NCBI GenBank assembly: GCA_945787655.1 | Contig: CALZIJ010000001.1 | Span: 1,726 to 65,725, forward strand | DNA length: 64,000 nt | Direction of reading: 5' to 3' | From: Nitrospiria bacterium | GTDB taxonomy: Bacteria; Nitrospirota; Nitrospiria; SBBL01; JAADHI01 | Notes under the pieces: model-generated | Told to the model about the DNA's origin: nothing | The model's database searches: none | What the model saw: the letters and a program-made list of their open reading frames with translations, nothing else | Translations under genes and position numbers: made by a program | Shown here: positions 58,264 through 64,000 of the stretch, piece by piece | How positions within the stretch are numbered: position 1 is the stretch's first letter | Layout of the letters: each line of letters begins with the position of its first letter

Positions 58264-59315
58264 CTTTTCAGGAGGCTATAAAGCATCTCGACGCGCAACA
58301 GTTTGCGCCTTTGTATCTGATTACCGGCGATGAACCTTATTTAATGGATCAATTGCGCCAGGGCTTTCTTACAAAAACACTCGACCCAAAGGCTCACGGT
58401 TTTAATCTGAACCAGTTTCGGGGCGAAGAAACGCATCCAGAGCAAATTATTTCTGTGGCCAATACCTTTCCCATATTAAGTCCACGAAGACTGATTTTGG
58501 TTCAGAATGCTTCACAGCTAAAGGACGATCAAGGTTTGCTTCTGAACTATATTTCCCATCCTTCAGAAACCACGGTATTGGTATTTATTGCCGAAAAACC
58601 GGATATGCGGAAAAAATTCTTTTCGACACTCAAAAAGAAAAGCACCGTTATGCACTGCCCCAGGCCACGCGAAAGAGAGCTGCCCCAGTGGATTCGTCAG
58701 GAAGCTGGGCGCCTCAATTTGAGTCTTTCCGAAGAAGCGGTCTGGTTTTTAAAGGAACACCTGGGTGCCAATCTTCTGGGTATTCGGAAGGAACTGGAAA
58801 AACTGGCTTTGTATCAAGCCGATGAGGGCAAGCAACAAGCGATCAGTACAGAGGTCGTGCAAATGATTGTTAGCCATGGCCGCAGTCACTCTATTTTTGA
58901 ATTAACCCAGGCGATAGGAAACCGGAATGGCCCTGAGGCGATCTCCCTTCTTGCGGCGATCCTTGCAGAGGGAGCCCATCCACTCTTTGTGCTCACCATG
59001 ATGACCCGTCTTTGGCGGCAAATGGCCGTGGCAAAAAGGCTTATCGCATTGGGCGAATCTTCACAACTGGCTAAAAAAATCCCGATGCCGCCGAGCGTAT
59101 TTCAATCTTTTCTTCAGCAGCTTAAAAAATGGCCGGATGAGGATATACAGCAGGCTTTGGAACTTGCGCTTTCAGCAGATTCTCAACTCAAGGGGAGTCC
59201 GCTGCCGGGAAAACTGATCCTGGAGGCCTTGATTTTTGATCTCTGTCTCAATCCCAACACAAACTCAAAAAGAAGGACGTACAGCACCCCCTTTTTAAGT
59301 TTAGGTCACCTTTAA
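58260..59315 (+). CDS. holA: DNA polymerase III subunit delta
   Basis: It begins with the typical N-terminus (APLYLITGDEPYL) and shows HolA-like helical domains. It overlaps lptE by 4 nt (ATGA). Confidence 0.85.
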   Translation: MTFQEAIKHLDAQQFAPLYLITGDEPYLMDQLRQGFLTKTLDPKAHGFNLNQFRGEETHPEQIISVANTFPILSPRRLILVQNASQLKDDQGLLLNYISHPSETTVLVFIAEKPDMRKKFFSTLKKKSTVMHCPRPRERELPQWIRQEAGRLNLSLSEEAVWFLKEHLGANLLGIRKELEKLALYQADEGKQQAISTEVVQMIVSHGRSHSIFELTQAIGNRNGPEAISLLAAILAEGAHPLFVLTMMTRLWRQMAVAKRLIALGESSQLAKKIPMPPSVFQSFLQQLKKWPDEDIQQALELALSADSQLKGSPLPGKLILEALIFDLCLNPNTNSKRRTYSTPFLSLGHL

Positions 59316-59348
59316 CATGTTGTGATTTTCAAAACGAGACAAGGCCGG

Positions 59349-59624
59349 TTACAAGGAGGGTAAAATGACCTGGTTTGCCTTTGCAGTTAAACGCGCAATT
59401 TTCCGAGATGCGCGGGCCTTGGGAACCACTCCCTTGGATGCGGCACGGTCTAAAACAGATGTCACTTCCTTTAAGGAGGATTTTACGCCTTCGGCTTCTT
59501 TTTCTGAAAGGGCCGCAGTAAATTTCTTAATGGATGTCTTGATCGCCGAGGATACCGCACGATTTCTGAGACGGCGCTTTTGGGCCTGCCGTTCTCTTTT
59601 TAACGCAGATGGATGATTTGCCAA
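59349..59624 (-). CDS. rpsT: 30S ribosomal protein S20
   Basis: It begins MANHPSALKRERQAQKRRLRN and is 91 aa. Confidence 0.95.
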   Translation of the reverse strand: MANHPSALKRERQAQKRRLRNRAVSSAIKTSIKKFTAALSEKEAEGVKSSLKEVTSVLDRAASKGVVPKARASRKIARLTAKANQVILPSL

Positions 59625-59670
59625 AATTTAATCTCCTGAGTGAAAAATGAAAAATATAATTTGATTATAC

Positions 59671-61284
59671 ATGAAAAGTCAACTAAAAACGCCTGAAGAA
59701 CCCGATCAGGTCGAAAGACACATCGCAAATTCCGCGGGAATTGTCGCGCTTGGAACCTTCTCGAGCCGCATTCTGGGCTTTGTCAGAGATGTTATTCTAG
59801 CGGGCATTTTTGGCGCATCCTTCGTTGCCGATGCCTTTTATGTGGCATTCAGGATTCCCAATTTCCTTCGTGAACTGTTCGCAGAAGGATCCATGTCGGC
59901 CGCCTTTGTTCCTGTTTTTTCAGAATACCTCACGCTTCACGGGAAATCCGAGGCCAAAAAACTGGCGAGGGCAACCCTGACTGTTTTGTTCATTATCCTT
60001 CTGTTTGTGGTCATCTTAGGCATCATTTTTTCCCCTCAAATCCTCAGCCTGATTGCACGCGGTTTTTTAGAAGATCCACAGAAATTTGAACTGACAACCA
60101 TGCTCACACGGATCATGTTTCCGTTTTTGTTGTTTATCTCCTGTGCTGCTTGGGTGATGGGTATCTTAAACAGTACCCGTCATTTTGGCCCCCCTGCTTT
60201 TTCATCGGCTGTCTACAATGCAGTCAACATTATCATGATACTCGCGCTTTCCCCTTATATGGCACAACCGGTTTTTGCGGCGGCAATCGGCGTGACGCTC
60301 GGTGGTGCGGCACAGTTTCTTATCCAGGTTCCCACGCTGTACCGGGAAGGCTTTTCAATGGCTTTGCTCAAACCCACCCGGCCGCTGCATCCGGGCGTGG
60401 CCAAAATGGGAAAGTTGGTCTTACCCACCATCGTGGGGCTTTCCGTGACACAAGTGAACCTGTTGGTCAATACTTTTTTAGCCTCCTATTTACCGCTGGG
60501 CTCCGTGAGTTACCTTTATTATGGGATGCGGCTCATTCATTTTCCGCTGGGCATCTTTGCGGTCGCGCTCTCTACAGCACTTCTTCCGACGCTTTCAAAA
60601 CAGGCGGCAAGAGGAGATCTATCTGCACTGAGCCGTTCTTTCTCTTTCGGGCTTCGGCTTGTTTTTTTTATTACCTTTCCAGCACTGCTGGGTTTGATTC
60701 TTTTCCGCAATCCTATCGTTCAAACCCTTTTCGAACATGGGGAATTTGACCGCGTCGCCACTCTTGGCACTGCCGATGCCGTCCTGTTTTACGCAGTGGG
60801 ACTCTGGGCTTTTGCCGGAGTCCGAATCATCGTTCCTGTCTTTTATGCCATGCAGGATACCAAAACACCTGTCAAGATCGCCGTTTTCGCCATGCTGCTC
60901 AACCTGATCCTTAATATTGGGCTGATGTTTCCACTCAAACACCGGGGACTGGCTCTGGCCACTTCTCTTTCTGCAATGTTTAATTATTCCTGTTTGTTAG
61001 TCATCTTAAAAAAGCGCATCCATTGGCAGGATGGTCAACGTATTCTAAGTTCCCACCTTAAAGTAATCCTGGCTTCTCTTATCATGCTCATCCCGGCCTA
61101 TTGGATTACCACACAGGAAATCTGGCACGTCTCTGGAAAACATGGGGCAAAAACCCTTTCACTTGTTCTGGCTATTGGCACCAGCATCATCGGGTATTTT
61201 GCCGCACAATATGTTTTAAAAAGTGAAGAACTCCACTTTTTAATCGGGACGATCAAAAAAAGAATCCAAAAGAAACAACAATAA
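59671..61284 (+). CDS. murJ: lipid II flippase MurJ (MviN)
   Basis: It contains SRILGFVRDVILAGIFGA...ADAFYVAFRIPNFLRELFAEGSMSAAFVP and about 14 TM segments. Confidence 0.93.
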   Translation: MKSQLKTPEEPDQVERHIANSAGIVALGTFSSRILGFVRDVILAGIFGASFVADAFYVAFRIPNFLRELFAEGSMSAAFVPVFSEYLTLHGKSEAKKLARATLTVLFIILLFVVILGIIFSPQILSLIARGFLEDPQKFELTTMLTRIMFPFLLFISCAAWVMGILNSTRHFGPPAFSSAVYNAVNIIMILALSPYMAQPVFAAAIGVTLGGAAQFLIQVPTLYREGFSMALLKPTRPLHPGVAKMGKLVLPTIVGLSVTQVNLLVNTFLASYLPLGSVSYLYYGMRLIHFPLGIFAVALSTALLPTLSKQAARGDLSALSRSFSFGLRLVFFITFPALLGLILFRNPIVQTLFEHGEFDRVATLGTADAVLFYAVGLWAFAGVRIIVPVFYAMQDTKTPVKIAVFAMLLNLILNIGLMFPLKHRGLALATSLSAMFNYSCLLVILKKRIHWQDGQRILSSHLKVILASLIMLIPAYWITTQEIWHVSGKHGAKTLSLVLAIGTSIIGYFAAQYVLKSEELHFLIGTIKKRIQKKQQ

Positions 61285-61312
61285 GTGCCGTTAAGGAAGA
61301 AAAAGGGTCGAG

Positions 61313-62230
61313 CTAAAACGATGCCGTTGCAGGAAGGGCTTGTAAACCGGATTTAAAAACCGTTGCGGACGCCCGGCTTTCAGAAGCCGTGACCATTCTC
61401 CATGATTTTTTGTTCTTCATCATCACCTGAATCATTTCGGCGTGTAACTTATGGCCCGAACAAACCGCTTCAACACATCCCAAAATAGGGGCACCCAGCA
61501 GGGTGAAGTCTCCAATTAAATCCAGAACCTTGTGTCGAACAAATTCATCGCTATAACGCAGACCGCCTTCATTGAGGATATTTGTTTCATCAATCACGAT
61601 CGCATTATCAAGTGAGACCCCCAGCGCAAGTCCTTTGGATTGAAGCGCTGCCGCATCTTTTAAAAATCCGAACGTCCGGGCAGAAGCCAGTTCCCCAATA
61701 AAGGCTTGACGGCTGTGCCAATATTGGTAGGTCTGCTCTCCAATCACAGGATGGTCGAAGGAAATCTGGCATTTCACTTCAAAAGAAGAAGCGGGGAGTA
61801 CGGCCACAGATTTACCGTGGTCAGTCAGGGTCATGGGCTTAAGAATCTCGATAAAGGCACGGTCTTTTTTCTGTTCAACCACGCCCGCTTTTTGAAACAA
61901 GGCCACAAATGGAAAAGCACTGCCATCCAAAGCAGGCAGCTCAGGGCCGTCAAGCTCAATCATGAGGTTATCGATTTCCAAAGCAGAAATCGCCGCCATC
62001 AAATGCTCAACAGTCTGCACGGTGGCCTTACCTGATTTTAGAATGGTTGCAAGAGAAGATGGAACCACATGGGCCGCATCTGCGGGAATCACAGCATCAC
62101 CCATGTCTTTCCGGACAAAAGCAATCCCCTGACCTTTGCCGGCCGGTCGGAGCGTCATCTGAATTTTCCGACCGGAGTGAAGGCCAATCCCGCTACACGA
62201 TATACTGTTTTGTATTGTCTTTTCTTTCAT
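61313..62230 (-). CDS. lpxC: UDP-3-O-acyl-N-acetylglucosamine deacetylase
   Basis: It contains GIGLHSG, TVEHLMAA, HKVLDLIGD and GHKLH. Confidence 0.95.
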   Translation of the reverse strand: MKEKTIQNSISCSGIGLHSGRKIQMTLRPAGKGQGIAFVRKDMGDAVIPADAAHVVPSSLATILKSGKATVQTVEHLMAAISALEIDNLMIELDGPELPALDGSAFPFVALFQKAGVVEQKKDRAFIEILKPMTLTDHGKSVAVLPASSFEVKCQISFDHPVIGEQTYQYWHSRQAFIGELASARTFGFLKDAAALQSKGLALGVSLDNAIVIDETNILNEGGLRYSDEFVRHKVLDLIGDFTLLGAPILGCVEAVCSGHKLHAEMIQVMMKNKKSWRMVTASESRASATVFKSGLQALPATASF

Positions 62231-62371
62231 ACCTACCCTGTTTATTCTAATTGCTTCTTATATAACAGCAATTGTCATGCCATAAATTAAAAAAACAAAC
62301 ACACACAAAATATCGTTATTTTTTAATAGGTTATACAAATCATTTTGAAGCAAAGGATTTTTGATGCTTTT

Positions 62372-62425
62372 TTGTTGCCAAAATACAACACCCTTCAAAA
62401 CAAAGATGTTGTATTTTGGCAACAA
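62372..62425. repeat. perfect 19-bp inverted repeat (hairpin or palindromic operator)
   Basis: TTGTTGCCAAAATACAACA (62372-62390) and its exact reverse complement TGTTGTATTTTGGCAACAA (62407-62425) are separated by 16 nt. Confidence 0.85.
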
Positions 62426-62488
62426 CACGATATTAAGATTTTTAAACCAATGAACAAATAAATATGGAGGGGAGTCGATTCAATAAAG

Positions 62489-62561
62489 TGAGCCGCCTCG
62501 GGATCGAACCGAGGACACTCGCCTTAAAAGGGCGATGCTCTACCAACTGAGCTAGCGGCTC
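62489..62561 (-). tRNA. tRNA-Lys (anticodon TTT)
   Basis: The reverse complement reads GAGCCGCTAGCTCAGTTGGTAGAGCATCGCCCTTTTAAGGCGAGTGTCCTCGGTTCGATCCCGAGGCGGCTCA. The anticodon loop is CTTTTAA. CCA is not encoded. Confidence 0.93.
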
Positions 62562-62582
62562 TTCTTTGAAAAATGTGGAGGT

Positions 62583-62612
62583 TTTCTATCATGTTCATGA
62601 TTCGACTGTCAA
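62583..62612 (-). promoter_or_regulatory. sigma70-like promoter for tRNA-Lys
   Basis: On the minus strand, TTGACA (62612-62607) is followed by an 18-nt spacer and TAGAAA (62588-62583). The architecture matches the tRNA-Asn promoter. Confidence 0.55.
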
Positions 62613-62712
62613 CTTTGTTTTCTCTAAAAGACACTTTAACAGAGGGGTTCTGGCCGTTCGGAATCCTTGAAAAACGCTTCGGCCTGACATTCGGAGCCAA
62701 AAAAAATCACAC

Positions 62713-63018
62713 TTAAACAGGCTTGCGCAACTCGGCATTGCTTTGCAGCGAAAACCGAGCCTGCCGGGGGGTCATTTTTTGAGATGTCTCGCTATGAAAA
62801 CCTTTTATAAGTAGCGCATGTTCAACCTCTTGAACATGTTTTTCAAGCACATCCAGATAGACACGCTTTGAATCAATGCCAAAGAAAACCTTTCCTTCCG
62901 CATGCTTAGCGATGTGGATGATTTTTAAAATATCTCTGCAGGTCAATTCATGAACACTTTCCCTTAAATCCAACTGCATATGTTTTATCTTTCTCATATT
63001 TTCTTTTTTAATGACCAT
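62713..63018 (-). CDS. hypothetical His-rich protein (101 aa)
   Basis: The ORF lies downstream of the globin gene on the same strand. It has seven His residues including HIAKH (HxxxH). No family assigned. Confidence 0.4.
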   Translation of the reverse strand: MVIKKENMRKIKHMQLDLRESVHELTCRDILKIIHIAKHAEGKVFFGIDSKRVYLDVLEKHVQEVEHALLIKGFHSETSQKMTPRQARFSLQSNAELRKPV

Positions 63019-63123
63019 TACCCTGCTCCTTGTTTATTGAAGTCAAGAAAACCCGGAAGGGGGTGGGTAGAGGGGTGCATGAGGCGATTACCCTAAACAA
63101 GAATCCCTTCCGGGTCATGAGGA

Positions 63124-63540
63124 TCATACCTGAGCGCCAGCAGCAGCTTCTTTCATCGTCATCGACAATACGATATACAATTCGCTCCACGCATATCTTA
63201 CTTCATCCGTAAACGCTTCACCCAGACCCTGTCCCAACGTCCAGAACAAGGCTTCGGCCACCGTATCGTAGTCCTTTTCTTTGACTCCGTAAGTCACATG
63301 CCTTCGGCCAAGATCTTCAACCACCGGGATCACACGTTCAAAATTCTTGAGGCTCAACACCAGGATTTGAATGGTCGCCATCAACTTTTTCCCCTGCTCC
63401 TTCATATCGTTTGGAAAGAGGGGTTTCAAACCCGGATTCAACTCAAATAACTTTTTATAAAATAATTTCGCCGCATCATCCGCAATGGGAACAAGGGCCT
63501 CGAAGCTTTCCTGAATTAAAATAATCTGTCTGGGTGTCAT
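63124..63540 (-). CDS. single-domain globin (flavohemoglobin-lineage 3/3 globin)
   Basis: It begins IQESFEALVP. By comparison with Hmp/Vgb it has the B10 Tyr in LFYKKLF, an E7-region Gln (KEQGKKL) and the proximal His in LGRRHVTYGVKEKDYDTVAEAL. Confidence 0.8.
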   Translation of the reverse strand: MTPRQIILIQESFEALVPIADDAAKLFYKKLFELNPGLKPLFPNDMKEQGKKLMATIQILVLSLKNFERVIPVVEDLGRRHVTYGVKEKDYDTVAEALFWTLGQGLGEAFTDEVRYAWSELYIVLSMTMKEAAAGAQV

Positions 63541-63595
63541 GTTCTTCTCCTTTTTGTTATCAAAAAAATTGTACTGTTATTGATCTTGTTTTCGG

Positions 63596-64000
63596 CTACG
63601 TGCCGAGTGGAATCCGAATCACCACGCCGCCCATCACATCCCCCAATTTGAAGTCCGTTTTTGGACTATCCTGATGGTCGTTATGACAGCTGTAACAGGC
63701 CGGGGCCACTGCAATGTCGGGATAAAGCGCGGTAAAATATTTCCTTCCCCCGAGGGTTTCCTCCGTATAATAACTTTCTCCCGTTCTGTTTATTTCCGCC
63801 AAGCCGATTTTTTCTGATTCTGTTTTGGGCGCATTCTGTTTGTTCACCGGCCAAAGAGAAATAAGGGAATACGAAAAAGGCGCCTTACTTTCAGCAACGC
63901 GCTCGGCCCCCATGCGAAACATTTGTGCAGGCAAAACCAAGGCTTTATCATCCTTCCAGTGCTCGCTGGCTTTGATCACTTTTTCTTCATTTTGAAGGCG
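63596..64000 (-). CDS. DUF3365 (Tll0287-like) c-type heme protein, 5'-truncated by the window edge
   Basis: It has the CYSCH heme-c motif in a DUF3365-like context (YFTALYPDIAVAPACYSCHNDH). The reading frame stays open to position 64000. Confidence 0.65.
   Translation of the reverse strand, partial: RLQNEEKVIKASEHWKDDKALVLPAQMFRMGAERVAESKAPFSYSLISLWPVNKQNAPKTESEKIGLAEINRTGESYYTEETLGGRKYFTALYPDIAVAPACYSCHNDHQDSPKTDFKLGDVMGGVVIRIPLGT

Noticed and set aside
60150-60749. 199-aa plus-strand ORF inside murJ, and similar long shadow ORFs (46260-46805, 46369-46968, 3653-4174, 4301-4834, 38949-39476)
   Set aside because: All lie in alternative frames or antisense within genes carrying unambiguous family motifs (MurJ, FtsH, MBL, MetG). 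Their Arg/Pro/Gly-rich sequences are typical of off-frame translation.

Overview
This 64-kb window comes from a Gram-negative-type bacterium, as shown by lpxC, lptE, murJ, bamE-like and several beta-barrel OMP genes. Composition is intermediate in GC. Most of it is densely packed core genome. It holds four aminoacyl-tRNA synthetases (trpS, metG, hisS, leuS), hslVU, argB, relA/spoT, glgA and glgP, metH, tldD and pmbA, holA, rpsT, an RpoS/RpoD-like sigma factor, and three complete tRNAs plus one tRNA fragment at the left edge. I saw no CRISPR array, transposase, integrase or recognisable defence system.

The most interesting locus is at 40.2-43.2 kb. A sigma70-like promoter is followed by a sequence carrying the diagnostic cores of a c-di-GMP-I (GEMM-I) riboswitch, then an intrinsic terminator, then an 889-aa lipoprotein with no family I can recognise. 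This looks like a c-di-GMP-gated surface or envelope effector of unknown function.

Other notable points:
- A strongly AT-rich orphan gene is wedged between tldD and pmbA.
- A near-consensus CIRCE operator lies in front of an hsp20-hsp20-ftsH-htrA block.
- An MBL-fold hydrolase has its signal peptide cut off by an in-frame TAG.
- Two tandem 272-aa periplasmic FGE/SUMF1-domain paralogs sit behind an unusual OMP.
- An uncharacterised envelope cluster runs TIGR03790-like, membrane orphan, TPR lipoprotein, SYLF lipoprotein.
- A heme-protein cluster (DUF3365 c-heme protein, single-domain globin, His-rich orphan) sits at the right edge.
- Several small repeats and hairpins are also present.

All functional calls come from reading motifs in the supplied translations. 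No database search was run.
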